From an uncultured Candidatus Rokubacteria bacterium (GTDB taxonomy: Bacteria; Methylomirabilota; Methylomirabilia; Rokubacteriales; DASRDR01): a stretch of 64,000 nt of DNA. The stretch is taken from NCBI GenBank assembly GCA_963826115.1, contig CAWGVS010000010.1, positions 1 to 64,000 on the forward strand. The letters are read 5' to 3'. Position 1 is the first letter of the stretch; each line of letters begins with the position of its first letter. A program made the translations under genes and the position numbers. The notes beneath the pieces are model-generated. The model was not told where the DNA came from. It was given only the letters and a program-made list of their open reading frames with translations, and did no database searches. Below, in pieces: positions 39,058 through 48,672 of the stretch.

Positions 39058-40356
39058 CTACCGGCTCGCGAGGATGGTGGTGAACTCCTTGTCCGCCTCC
39101 TCGAGGGCCGCGGCCGGCGCCATCTCGTTGGCGAGCACGCGACCGAGGTACCGGCGCCACGTCGCCTCGATCCGGTTGTACGTCCCGGGCGACGGCACCG
39201 GCTTGGCGTTCGGGCCCTCGATCGTCTCGTAGAAGATCTTGGCGTTCTTCGGCGGCAGCTCGAACATGGCGGGGCTGACCGCCACCGAGCGCCGCGCGGG
39301 GATCGCCTGGCCGACCTTGGTCAGGATCTCGTGCGCCCCCTTGGTGGTGAGGAACTTGGCCCACTTCCAGGCTTCCTGGGGGTACTTGGTGCTCTTCATG
39401 ATGACGAAGCCGCCGACCCCGTACTCCGTGACCTGGGCCTTCCAGCGCGGGAAATACTGGATGTCGAAGTCGGAGAACCCGGCCTTCGTCATCTGGAGCA
39501 CCGGCCAGCGGCCGCCGCCCGCCATCGCGATCTTGCCCGCCGCCATCAGGGAGTAGATGTCGGTGTGGGACGCCGGCGGCTTCGGCGAGACCTTGTACTT
39601 CCACACGAGGTCCTGCATGAACTGCAGGACCTCGAGGACCTTCGGGTCCTGGAGGTTCGACTTGGTCCAGTCGTCGCTCAGGATGTTGGTGGCGTTGGCG
39701 AACATCCACGGCATCGTGCCGGAGAAGTACTGGACGGCGAAGCCGAAGCCGAACACCTCGGGCTCGCCCGAGGGGGTGCGCTTCGTCAGCTTGTCGGCCA
39801 GCGTGAGGAACTCGTCCTTGGTCCACTCCTTCTTCGGCGCCGCGAGCTTCTCCTGCTCGATCATCTTGGTGTTGTAGTACATGATCATGTTGTTCCAGTC
39901 GAACGGCAGCTCGTACGTCTTGCCGTCGACCCGGAACACCTCGAGGAGGCGCGGGCTCACGTCCTTCATGTACTCGTCGATCTCGGCGTCGCCCTTCATG
40001 AAGTCGTCGAGGGGCACGGCGAGCCCGCGGGTCACGACGAGGCGCGCGCCCTCGATGGCCACGCGGCTCACGTCGGGCGGATTGCCGCCCGCGATCATCG
40101 TCGCCAGCTTGTCGAAGTAGTCGCCCCAGCTCTCGCCGGGGATCGGCTGGTAGCGGATCACGATGTTGGGGTTGGCCTTCGAGAACTCGCCGATCAGGCT
40201 GTCCCACATCGGCTTGTCCAGCCCCGCGCTGTAGTTGACGTACGTCAGCGTCACCTTCGCCTGGGCGGAGGCGAGCCTCGCTCGACCGACGGCCCCGGCG
40301 GCGGCGGTGGCTCCGAGACCCTTCAGGACCTGCCGGCGCGACACCCTGGTCTTCAC
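39058..40356 (-). CDS. sugar ABC transporter substrate-binding protein (Tat signal)
   Basis: SRRQVLK Tat motif, AGGNPPDV, DGKTYELP, YYNTKM, GKIAM. RBS GGAGGAG. Confidence 0.92.
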   Translation of the reverse strand: MKTRVSRRQVLKGLGATAAAGAVGRARLASAQAKVTLTYVNYSAGLDKPMWDSLIGEFSKANPNIVIRYQPIPGESWGDYFDKLATMIAGGNPPDVSRVAIEGARLVVTRGLAVPLDDFMKGDAEIDEYMKDVSPRLLEVFRVDGKTYELPFDWNNMIMYYNTKMIEQEKLAAPKKEWTKDEFLTLADKLTKRTPSGEPEVFGFGFAVQYFSGTMPWMFANATNILSDDWTKSNLQDPKVLEVLQFMQDLVWKYKVSPKPPASHTDIYSLMAAGKIAMAGGGRWPVLQMTKAGFSDFDIQYFPRWKAQVTEYGVGGFVIMKSTKYPQEAWKWAKFLTTKGAHEILTKVGQAIPARRSVAVSPAMFELPPKNAKIFYETIEGPNAKPVPSPGTYNRIEATWRRYLGRVLANEMAPAAALEEADKEFTTILASR

Positions 40357-40483
40357 TGGCTCTCCTCCGTGTGGGGGACCGTGACGGTGCACCGCGAGCG
40401 GGGGCCACGCCCCTGTCGTGGTACCGTCTGCATATCAGGCAAGTCGATGCGGTGTCAACGGCAGCAGCCGTGATGCGCGATGT

Positions 40484-40495
40484 TGTTGCGCAACA
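40484..40495. promoter_or_regulatory. perfect palindrome TGTTGCGCAACA, candidate operator
   Basis: 12-bp dyad in the divergent intergenic region, 40 bp before the ArsI-like gene and beside a minus-strand TTGACA (40463-40468). Confidence 0.4.
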
Positions 40496-40535
40496 GGCGC
40501 CGGCCGGCCTCGCGCACGCCGCCGGGAGGTTACGG

Positions 40536-41006
40536 ATGATCCGCTTTCACGTGCACGTGACGACCCTGGACCTCGCGAGCAGCATCCGGACCTACTCCCA
40601 GGTCTTCGGCCCCCCGGCCGTCGAGAAGCCCGACTACGCGAAGTGGGAGCCCGACGGATTCCCGGTGATCTTCGCCGTGTCGACGCGCAAGGGCGTGGCG
40701 GGCATCGACCACCTGGGGATCAAGGCCGACTCGGAGGCGGAGCTCGCCGCCATGCGCGCGGGTCTCCAGGCCGAGGGGCTCCCGAGCTCCGAGCAGCGCG
40801 ACGCCGAGTGCTGCTACGTGCGCGCCGACAAGGTGTGGGTGACCGACCCGAACGGCGTGCCGTGGGAGCTCTACGTCGGCAAGGGCTCCATCGAGGTGTT
40901 CGGGGGCGACGGGCGCCCGGCGGACGAGGCGGCGTGCTGCGTGGCCGACCCCGGCGCGGCCCCCGCGCGCCCGACCTTCCTGACACTCGGTCCGTCGCGG
41001 GGCTGA
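40536..41006 (+). CDS. ArsI/CadI family VOC metalloenzyme
   Basis: RFHVHV..DL..SI..Y..VFG, KPDYAKW, IDHLGI, ECCYVRADKVWVTDPNGVPWE, C-terminal CC. Confidence 0.85.
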   Translation: MIRFHVHVTTLDLASSIRTYSQVFGPPAVEKPDYAKWEPDGFPVIFAVSTRKGVAGIDHLGIKADSEAELAAMRAGLQAEGLPSSEQRDAECCYVRADKVWVTDPNGVPWELYVGKGSIEVFGGDGRPADEAACCVADPGAAPARPTFLTLGPSRG

Positions 41007-41039
41007 GCACCGGCGCCCGCGCGGCCCCGGGGCGCCCCT

Positions 41040-41960
41040 CTAGCCGAGCGCCTCGGCGGCGATCCGGTCGCGAAGCCGCGCGTCCGGCAGCCGTCCGTGG
41101 GCGGCCTTCATGTTGTCGCGGAGGTGCGCCACCCGCGACGTCGCGGGGATCGCGCACGTGACGGCGGGATGCGAGACGACCCACTTCAGGAGGACCTGCG
41201 CCCAGCTGTCGCAGTCGATCTCGGCCGCCCACGCCGGCAGCGGCGTCCGGCGCAGCCGGGCGAAGAGGTCTCCGCCCGCGAAGGGCCGGTTCGCGATCAT
41301 CGCCGCGCCGCGCTCCGCCGCGAGCGGCAGGAGGCGCCGCTCGGCCTCTCGCTCGCCGACCGAGTAGTTGATCTGGACGAAGTCGACCGGGCGCGCGGCG
41401 ATGAGGCGGGCGACGGCGTCGTGGCTCCCCGCCGTGTAGTGGGTGACGCCGACGTAGCGGACGCGCCCCTCGCGCTTCCACGCCGCGAGCGTGGCGAGGT
41501 GGGTGTCGGCGTCCACGAGGTTGTGCACCTGCATCAGGTCGACACGCGCCGCGCGGAGCCGGCGGAAGGACTCCTCCATCTGACGGATGCCCGCCGCCTT
41601 GCCCGTCGTCCAGACCTTGGTGGCGAGGAAGAGCTTCGACTGGGCGCCGAGCTTGGCGGCCGCGTCGCCGACGACTGCCTCGGCGCGCCCGTACATGGGC
41701 GACGAGTCGACGAGCGTGCCGCCGACCTCGACGAACGCGCCCAGCACCTCCTCGACCGCGGCGCGCTCGGCCGCGCCGGCGCCGACGTCGAAGGTCTGCC
41801 AGGTCCCGAGCCCGACGAGGGGCAGCGCCTCGCCGGTCGCGGGGATCGGCCGCGTGAGGATCGCGGAGCCCGCCGCCGCTGCGCCTGCCGTGCGCGGGTC
41901 TCCCATCGCCGCTCCCACGCTCGCCGCGCCCAGGAGGCGCAGCGCGTCTCGTCGTGTCAT
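41040..41960 (-). CDS. aldo/keto reductase with Tat-like N-terminus
   Basis: TRRDAL; GLGTWQTF, DSSPMYG, LATKVW, DLMQVHNL, YVGVTHY, IPATS. Confidence 0.92.
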   Translation of the reverse strand: MTRRDALRLLGAASVGAAMGDPRTAGAAAAGSAILTRPIPATGEALPLVGLGTWQTFDVGAGAAERAAVEEVLGAFVEVGGTLVDSSPMYGRAEAVVGDAAAKLGAQSKLFLATKVWTTGKAAGIRQMEESFRRLRAARVDLMQVHNLVDADTHLATLAAWKREGRVRYVGVTHYTAGSHDAVARLIAARPVDFVQINYSVGEREAERRLLPLAAERGAAMIANRPFAGGDLFARLRRTPLPAWAAEIDCDSWAQVLLKWVVSHPAVTCAIPATSRVAHLRDNMKAAHGRLPDARLRDRIAAEALG

Positions 41961-41985
41961 TCCGCGGCCGGACCGGCGCGGTGGG

Positions 41986-42651
41986 CTAGTCGCCGGCTCC
42001 GGCGATGTGGGCGCTCCAGTAGTGGTGCGTCTTCGCCACCACGGTGATCACGCTCTTCACCTCGTCGGTGAGCTTGAAGCCGGGATCCGCCGGCACCAGG
42101 AGCCGCTCCTCGTCGCAGCGCGCGTCGACATTCTCGAGGATGATCGTGGCGCAGAGCCAGGCGGCCATCTTCGGCGAGTCGCAGGTGACCGCGAGCCACC
42201 CGGGCGCCGCCGGCTCGGCGAAGAGCCCGGTCGTCTCCCAGATCCCCCGGCGGATCTCCGCGACCGCGTCCGGGCCATCGGACGCCGGCCGCGCGGTCGG
42301 CTCGACCCGGAGGGTGCTGTCCGGTCCGCGGTGCGGCGGCCCGCCGAAGAGCGCCAGCTCGCAGAAGCTGCTCCACATGGCGCGCCAGTCGGGCCGGCCG
42401 TCGGGCCGCCAGACGAAAGGCGCCGCCGACATCGGCGCGGCCGCCGACGGGCCGGGCTCGATGACCTCCGTGCGTCCCGGCGGGAGACCGCCGAGCGCGG
42501 CCGCGGCCTCGGGCCCGGGAGCGCCGTCGAGCCGGCAGAGCTCCACGGGGCCGCCGAGGAACTCCGCGAGGAGCCGGCACTGTCCGCGCCAGTCGTCCAG
42601 AATCGTGTACGGGAGCTCGGCCGGAGAGACGAGGACCACGCGCGTCGGCAT
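41986..42651 (-). CDS. hypothetical protein resembling the C-terminal domain of some CbiX/SirB-like chelatase fusions
   Basis: MSAAPFVWRPDGRPDW..MW.SFCELALFGGPPHRG, EIRRGI..TTGL, MAAWL..I..ENV, EVKSVITVVAKTHHYW..H. Confidence 0.65.
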   Translation of the reverse strand: MPTRVVLVSPAELPYTILDDWRGQCRLLAEFLGGPVELCRLDGAPGPEAAAALGGLPPGRTEVIEPGPSAAAPMSAAPFVWRPDGRPDWRAMWSSFCELALFGGPPHRGPDSTLRVEPTARPASDGPDAVAEIRRGIWETTGLFAEPAAPGWLAVTCDSPKMAAWLCATIILENVDARCDEERLLVPADPGFKLTDEVKSVITVVAKTHHYWSAHIAGAGD

Positions 42652-42708
42652 CGCACTGTCCTGGTTGGAGTACGATGGAGCCATCACGGGATCCGAGGAG
42701 CGCGCGTC

Positions 42709-42945
42709 ATGGCCCTGTACGACTTCCGCTGCACCGTCTGCGGCCTCGAGTTCGAGGTCTCGCGGCCCATGGCCCAGGCCGCCGATCCCGCGCGCTGCCC
42801 GGTCGACGGCGCGGAGAGCCGCCGCTTCTTCACGATGCCCATGACGTTCTCCAAGGGGAGCGGCGCGTCCCTGGCCGCGCGGCCCCAGGCGTGGCGCCAC
42901 CACGGCCACCGCCACGGGCCGGGAGTCGGCCAGCACTCACACTGA
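42709..42945 (+). CDS. FmdB-family zinc-ribbon protein with His-rich tail
   Basis: MALYDFRCTVCG..FEV...M......CPVDG; tail HHGHRHGPGVGQHSH. Confidence 0.85.
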   Translation: MALYDFRCTVCGLEFEVSRPMAQAADPARCPVDGAESRRFFTMPMTFSKGSGASLAARPQAWRHHGHRHGPGVGQHSH

Positions 42946-43044
42946 CCGCTGCGCGGCGCCGCCGGCCGCCGGACCGGCGAGAGGCGGCCGTCCACCGCGC
43001 CAGTGTACACGTCGCGCGCCGGGGCCCCGGCGCGGCCGTCCGGA

Positions 43045-43422
43045 TCAGCTCTTGCCGCCCGCGCGGCGTCGCATCGAGTCGAGGAACGCGTCGAACTCGC
43101 CGTCGGTCGCGAACACGTCCGTCGACGGCAGGGCCTTCACGATCTCGAACACCTGACGCACCAGGGGCTGGAGGTTCGCCACCGCCACGCCGCCGCCCCG
43201 CGCCTCGAGGACCTTCCGCGATCTGACCAGCACGCGGATGCCGGCGCTCCCGATGTACTCGAGGCCGGCGAGATCGAACAGGAAGGCGGTGATGTCGGGC
43301 GACTCGAGAAGCGGCTCGAGCCGCGCCTCGAGCGCCGGCGCGGTCTCCGTGTCGAGGCGCCCGCGGAGCGCGACGCGACGGCCGCCGGAGCCCACCGCGG
43401 TGATCTGGATGTCCAGCCCCAT
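43045..43422 (-). CDS. STAS domain anti-sigma-factor antagonist
   Basis: LRGRLDTETAP, DLAGLEYIGSAGIR, V.QVFEI. Confidence 0.9.
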   Translation of the reverse strand: MGLDIQITAVGSGGRRVALRGRLDTETAPALEARLEPLLESPDITAFLFDLAGLEYIGSAGIRVLVRSRKVLEARGGGVAVANLQPLVRQVFEIVKALPSTDVFATDGEFDAFLDSMRRRAGGKS

Positions 43423-43543
43423 GCCGCCTCCCCGCGCGCCGCGTGGTCGCGCCCCGGTGGATCGTCCCGTCCTGGCCGTCGTCCCGGCCCGCCAGACCAG
43501 TCTACGCGAGAAGTCGCGGACCGCTCCGCCCGCCGACGCGCCC

Positions 43544-44587
43544 TCAGTATCCGTCCCGGCCGCGCGCCGCGACGACCTTCCCGCGATGCAGCCGGAAGAG
43601 CAGGACGAAGTAGGCGACGGCCAGGGGGGCGCCGATGATCCACCAGCGAAGCGCGATCACCAGGCTCGCCGCCGGCACGCTCGCGTTGTGAACGGTGAGG
43701 GAGGCGCCCTCGCCGATCGCGCGCAGCATCACCGGGAAGACGCACGCCGCCGTCGCGCCCAGCATGCCGGCCACGAAGGCGCAGGAGCCCAGGAACGCCC
43801 GGAGCGGCCGGTCTCCGCGCAGGCCCCGATGGACGGCGAGGAGACCCGCCACGGCCACGAGGAGCGCGAGCCACGCCACGGGCCGCCCGGGCACCGCCGC
43901 CAGCATCGGCGCGTTCACGAGCCAGGTCGCCACCGTCAGGAGGGGCCAGAGGACGGCGACCGCGCCGTAGAGCCATCCGGCCGCGCGCCGGCTCCGCTCG
44001 TGCACCGGCCCGTCCGTCTTCCACAGGAGGAACGTCGCCCCGTGGCCGGCGAGCGCGACCAGCGCGAACACGCCGGCGAGGATCGTGTACCAGTCGAGGA
44101 TGCCGACCGGCGCCCGCGCCGTGAAGTCGGTGAAGAGCGGCAGCTCGAACCAGCCCTCCTGGTCGAGGGGCAGGCCGCGCACGAGGTTCCCGAACGCGGC
44201 GCCGAACAGGACCGGCAGGAGCGCGCTCGCGACGACGAAGCCCGCGTCCCAGCCCGCGCGCCACAGGGGGTGGTCCACGTCGCTGCGGAATTTGACCGAG
44301 ATCCCGCGCAGGACGAGGATCCAGAGCACGAGGAAGAACGCGACGTAGAACCCCGAGAGGCCCGACGCGAGCGCCCGGGGGAAGGCCACGAACAAGGCGC
44401 CGCCGGCCGCGAGCAGCCAGACCTCGTTCCCGTGCCAGTAGGGCCCGATGGCGCCGAGGACTTGCCGGCGCTCCGGGTCGCTTCGAGCGACGAACAGGTG
44501 GAGCGCGCCGGCGCCGAGGTCGAAGCCGTCGAGCACGACGTACGCGGTCAGCATCCCCGCCGTGATGGCGAACCAGAGCTCAGCCAC
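43544..44587 (-). CDS. cydB: cytochrome bd ubiquinol oxidase subunit II
   Basis: YVVLDGFDLGAG, IGPYWHGNEVWL, AFP, GNLVRGLP. Confidence 0.95.
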   Translation of the reverse strand: MAELWFAITAGMLTAYVVLDGFDLGAGALHLFVARSDPERRQVLGAIGPYWHGNEVWLLAAGGALFVAFPRALASGLSGFYVAFFLVLWILVLRGISVKFRSDVDHPLWRAGWDAGFVVASALLPVLFGAAFGNLVRGLPLDQEGWFELPLFTDFTARAPVGILDWYTILAGVFALVALAGHGATFLLWKTDGPVHERSRRAAGWLYGAVAVLWPLLTVATWLVNAPMLAAVPGRPVAWLALLVAVAGLLAVHRGLRGDRPLRAFLGSCAFVAGMLGATAACVFPVMLRAIGEGASLTVHNASVPAASLVIALRWWIIGAPLAVAYFVLLFRLHRGKVVAARGRDGY

Positions 44588-45953
44588 GGGACACCGCGCC
44601 GGTGCCGAGCGGGGACGGCGAGGCGCGGTCGTCGAGCGGCCCCGGCCCGTGGGCGATCTCGCGCCCGATCAGGAAGAGGAAGAGGATGCCCAGCACGAGG
44701 TAGAGGCCGGTGAAGCCGATGAGCGTGAAGAGCGCGGTTCCGGAGTGCACCTTCGGGCTCACGCCGTCCGCGGTGCGCATGAGGCCGTAGACGAGCCACG
44801 GCTGACGCCCGAGCTCGGCCGTCATCCACCCGGTGGTGGTGGCGATGTACGGGAAGGGGAAGGCCAGCATGAGCGTCCACAGCATCGCCCGTGACCGGAC
44901 GAGCGCGCCGCGCGCCTCGAGCCAGGCCGCGAGGCCCATGACGAGGATGAACAGGGTCCCGAGACCCGCCATGATGTGGAACGCGTAGTAGAGCAGCTCG
45001 ATGTTGTCGGGCCACAGGTCCTCGGGGAACTCGGTCAGGCCCTTCACGTTGCTGTGGAAGGTCCCGTAGGCGAGGAAGCTCAAGAAGCCGGGGAGGACGA
45101 TGGGGTTGTCGAGCCGGCGCTCCCGGACGTTCGGCTGGCCGATCATCACGATGCCGGCGCCGCGCTCGCTCTCGAAGTGCCCCTCCATCGCGGCCAGCGC
45201 CACCGGCTGGTAACGCGCGACGAGCTTGGCCTGGTGGTCCCCCGTCGGGAACGCGACCAGGACGCTCGACACGAGGCCGGCCACGACGCCGACCCGGAGG
45301 AAGCGCGGCGCGTAGTCAGGATGGAGCCCCTGGAGCGCGTAGTAGGCGCCGACCGCCGCCACCACGAAGGAGGCGGTGACCACGCTGGCCGCCATGTTGT
45401 GGGCGTACTGCGCCAGCGCCCACGGGTTCAGGAGGAACTCCCAGAAGTCGGCGAGCTGGAGCGTGCCGTCGGCGGCGACCACGTGGCCCACCGGGTGCTG
45501 CATGAAGGCGTTGGTCGCGATGATGAAGTACCCGGACAGCCAGCTGCCGACGAAGAGCGCCAGGGCGGCCAGGAAGTGCCCGCGCCGGCCGAGACGGCGC
45601 TCGCCGAAGACCAGGAGCCCGAGGAAGCTCGACTCCAGGAAGAACGCGAACAGGCCCTCCATCGCGAGGGTCTGGCCGATGACGCCGCCCGCGTAGCGGG
45701 AGAAGTTCGCCCAGTTGGTGCCGAACTGGAACTCCATCGGGATGCCCGTGACCACGCCGACCGCGAAGTTCAGACCAAAGATCTTGATCCAGAAGCGCGC
45801 CGCGTCGTTCCACCGCTCGCCCGACGCGCGGAGGCCGAGGGTCTTCATCACCACGATGAGGAGGGCGAGGCCCATCGTGAGCTGCGGGAACAGGTAGTGG
45901 AAGACGATGGTGAACGCGAACTGGAGGCGGTGCCACAGGAGCGGGTCGGACAT
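44580..45953 (-). CDS. cydA: cytochrome bd ubiquinol oxidase subunit I (short Q-loop)
   Basis: RLQFAFT..FHYLF, GVVTGIPMEFQFGTNW, FFLES, NAFMQHP, FHIM, AELGRQPW. Confidence 0.96.
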   Translation of the reverse strand: MSDPLLWHRLQFAFTIVFHYLFPQLTMGLALLIVVMKTLGLRASGERWNDAARFWIKIFGLNFAVGVVTGIPMEFQFGTNWANFSRYAGGVIGQTLAMEGLFAFFLESSFLGLLVFGERRLGRRGHFLAALALFVGSWLSGYFIIATNAFMQHPVGHVVAADGTLQLADFWEFLLNPWALAQYAHNMAASVVTASFVVAAVGAYYALQGLHPDYAPRFLRVGVVAGLVSSVLVAFPTGDHQAKLVARYQPVALAAMEGHFESERGAGIVMIGQPNVRERRLDNPIVLPGFLSFLAYGTFHSNVKGLTEFPEDLWPDNIELLYYAFHIMAGLGTLFILVMGLAAWLEARGALVRSRAMLWTLMLAFPFPYIATTTGWMTAELGRQPWLVYGLMRTADGVSPKVHSGTALFTLIGFTGLYLVLGILFLFLIGREIAHGPGPLDDRASPSPLGTGAVSRG

Positions 45954-46082
45954 GCGGCGGTCCCTCCGTGCCGGGGTCGGGCGCCCGTCAGAGTAGACGA
46001 GTCGCCAGGCGGTGGCCAGAGGGGGCGGGGAGTCCGGACCCGGGCGGGGTCGCCCGGGTCCGGCTTGGAGCGACCGGCGCGA

Positions 46083-47564
46083 CTAGTGCCCGGTCATGCT
46101 CGGGGCGCCGTCGCCGTGGAACACCTGCGGATTGTCCGGGCCCTCGACGACCAGGAACCCGGCAAGCCCCCGCTCGAGGCGCGACAGGGCATGGTCCACG
46201 AGGATGTAGCGGCCCGGCACCTGGAGCTTGAACTCGACGATCGCGGCGCCGCCGGCGGGGACCAACGTCGTCTGCACGTTGGTGGCCCCCGGCGAGCCGA
46301 CGGCGGCCTGGTCGTAGACCCGGTCGAAGATTTCCCCGATCACGTGGAACGAGGAGGTCGCGTTCGGGCCGCCCACGCCGAAGAAGATCCGCACCGTCTC
46401 CCCGACCTTTGCCTTCATCGGGTGCTCGGTCGTGAGCGCGCCCACCGCGCCGTTGAAGACGAAGTACTCGGCGCGCTCGGCGAGGAGCTTCTCGACGCTG
46501 AACTCGTCGTGTCCCCGCTGCCCGAAGGCCCGGTCGGTGTAGATCTCGCCCTGCATCACGTAGAACTCGCGGTCCACCTTCGGGAGCCCCTCGGCCGGCT
46601 CCACGAGGATGAGCCCGTACATGCCGCTGGTGATGTGGTTGGCCACCATCGGCGTTGCGCAGTGGTAGACGTACAGGCCCGGGTTCAGCGCCTTGAAGCG
46701 GAACGCCTTCGTCTCGCCCGGCGGCGTCTGGGTCAAGACCGCGCCGCCCCCGGGTCCCGTGACCGCGTGCAGGTCGACGGAGTGGATCATCCGGCTCGTG
46801 TCGCGGTTCTTGAACGTGAGCTGGACCGTGTCGCCGACGCGCACGCGGAGGAACGGCCCCGGAACCTTGCCGTTGAAGGTCCAGTAGGTGTACGTGGTCT
46901 CGTTCGCGAGCTTCCCGACGAGCTCCACCGCCTCCAGCTCGACCGACACCGTGCGGGGCGCCGCCGCCGCCGGGAGCGGGCCCGGGAGGTCCGCAGGATC
47001 CCGCACGATGCTGACCGACGGCGGCAGCGCGGCAACCGCGGGCTTGCCGCCGCCCACGACGATCTTGCCCTCCATGCCCGCCTGGCGATGCCCGGGCAGG
47101 GAGCAGAAGTACGCGAACTCACCGGCCTTGTCCGCGCGGAACACGGTGACGCTGCTGGCGCCCTTTCGGTTCACGCGGTCGGTGGCCGCCTTGAAGTCCG
47201 GAAGCACCACGTCGTGCTCGACGCCGTCGCCGTTGATCAGGCCGAGCTGCACGACGTCGCCCTCGGCGACGCGGAGGGTCGGGTTCACGACGCCCTCGAT
47301 GTCGCCGCCGACGCCCACGAAGGCCATCTTGCCCTCCGCCAGCTCGGTGCGGAGGCGGAAGCGGACGGTCGGCGTGTATTCCACGCCTGGGCTCTGCTTG
47401 GACGCCTTCGCGGCGGGAGCCTGGCGCGGGGGCGCCGCGGGCCGGCCGCCCTGGGCCATGTGCGGCTTCCCCTCCATGTGGGGCATCTGGGCGCCCACCA
47501 TGGGGACGAGGGCCGGCGCGAGCAGCGCGACGGCGCAGAGGAGAGACGTCACGACGGCGATCAT
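46083..47564 (-). CDS. nirK: copper-containing nitrite reductase with extra N-terminal cupredoxin domain
   Basis: Signal peptide; EHD...YFCSLPGHRQAGMEG (extra type-1 Cu site); HSVDLH, YHCATP...H...GM, SSFHVIGEIFD, LVDH. Confidence 0.94.
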   Translation of the reverse strand: MIAVVTSLLCAVALLAPALVPMVGAQMPHMEGKPHMAQGGRPAAPPRQAPAAKASKQSPGVEYTPTVRFRLRTELAEGKMAFVGVGGDIEGVVNPTLRVAEGDVVQLGLINGDGVEHDVVLPDFKAATDRVNRKGASSVTVFRADKAGEFAYFCSLPGHRQAGMEGKIVVGGGKPAVAALPPSVSIVRDPADLPGPLPAAAAPRTVSVELEAVELVGKLANETTYTYWTFNGKVPGPFLRVRVGDTVQLTFKNRDTSRMIHSVDLHAVTGPGGGAVLTQTPPGETKAFRFKALNPGLYVYHCATPMVANHITSGMYGLILVEPAEGLPKVDREFYVMQGEIYTDRAFGQRGHDEFSVEKLLAERAEYFVFNGAVGALTTEHPMKAKVGETVRIFFGVGGPNATSSFHVIGEIFDRVYDQAAVGSPGATNVQTTLVPAGGAAIVEFKLQVPGRYILVDHALSRLERGLAGFLVVEGPDNPQVFHGDGAPSMTGH

Positions 47565-47625
47565 GGCTCCGTCCTTTCCGCCGGGGCCTGGTGCTCCCGG
47601 CTTCGTCGGTCCGACGGACGGGGAG

Positions 47626-47641
47626 TGCACCGACGGTGCCA
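47626..47641 (-). promoter_or_regulatory. sigma-54 promoter for nirK
   Basis: Minus strand TGGCACCGTCGGTGCA with exact GG-N10-GC spacing, ~60 bp before the ATG. Confidence 0.6.
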
Positions 47642-47745
47642 GCACAGGGCACGAGGGCGAGCGTGGGTTTACGCGGAGATGCAGAGCGGGCGTCCGGGGC
47701 GGTTGGCCCACGCGCGCCCCACTGGGGCCGGACGGGGGCAGCGGT

Positions 47746-48672
47746 TCAGCCGGATGTCGCGGTGGCGTCCGGGACGCCCGGGCCGACCGTGAGGACGGCG
47801 CAGGGCGAGGCCTGCACGACGTGCTCCGCGACGGAGCCGAGCGCCCAGCGTGCGAGCGCCGAGCGTCCGTGCGTGCCCATCACGGTGACGTCGGCGGCGC
47901 GGAGCGCGGTCCACCGGAGGATCTCCTCCGCCGGCCAGCCCCGCGCGATGAGGATGTCGGGCCGCCGTGCCAGCGCGCGGTGCGCGTGGAGGAACCGCTC
48001 GACGCGGTCGACTGCCTGCTCGTGGATGTGCTGCGCGATCCGCCCGAGCGCGCCGGCCGGGAAACCCGGCTCGGCGGCCGGCAGCGCGGCGACGTGAAGG
48101 ACGTCGATCTCCGCGCCCGCGGCCTCGGCGATCGCGACCGCCCAGGGCCAGGCGGCGGTCGCCGCCGGCGAAAAATCGGTCGCGTAGGCGATTCGCGCGA
48201 TCCGACTCGCCGGCCGCGGCGCGGCGCCCGCCCCGGGCGGCACCGTGAGGACCGGGCCGCACGCCTCGGCCAGGATCCGTCCGGCACCGCGCCCGAGGAC
48301 GCTCTCGCGCAGCGGGTCCCGCGCCGAGGACCCGAGGACGATGACGGCGCCCGGACGCTCGCGGGCGATCGCGAGGACTCGCCTCGCCGGCGGGCCGAGC
48401 TCGATCCGCGGCGTGACCGTGACGCAGCGGTGGGTCCGGCTCGCGACGAGGCGGTCCAGCTCGCGGCGGGCCGCGCGATACCTGTCCTTGTCGACGTCGT
48501 CGATCAGGATCGGGGGCAGGCCCGGCCCGACCGGCGTGACGGGCGCCGACAGGACATGGAGGAGCACCACGTCGGCATGGAAGAGGCGCCCGAGCCGCTG
48601 GGCCTGCTCGAGCGCCGCGTGCGCGCCCGGCGAGAGGTCGGTCGCGCACAGGATCCACTGGACCGTCGTCAC
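47746..48672 (-). CDS. tandem-domain universal stress protein
   Basis: ILCATDLS and IAYATDFS repeats; MGTHGRS...LGSVAEHVV..SPCAVLTV. GTGA overlap with the upstream gene. Confidence 0.9.
   Translation of the reverse strand: MTTVQWILCATDLSPGAHAALEQAQRLGRLFHADVVLLHVLSAPVTPVGPGLPPILIDDVDKDRYRAARRELDRLVASRTHRCVTVTPRIELGPPARRVLAIARERPGAVIVLGSSARDPLRESVLGRGAGRILAEACGPVLTVPPGAGAAPRPASRIARIAYATDFSPAATAAWPWAVAIAEAAGAEIDVLHVAALPAAEPGFPAGALGRIAQHIHEQAVDRVERFLHAHRALARRPDILIARGWPAEEILRWTALRAADVTVMGTHGRSALARWALGSVAEHVVQASPCAVLTVGPGVPDATATSG

Noticed and set aside
45180-45215. CydA Q-loop QPVALAAMEG lacking the quinol-binding Lys
   Set aside because: Substitution here is seen in other bd subfamilies as far as I recall, and all heme-ligand motifs are intact.
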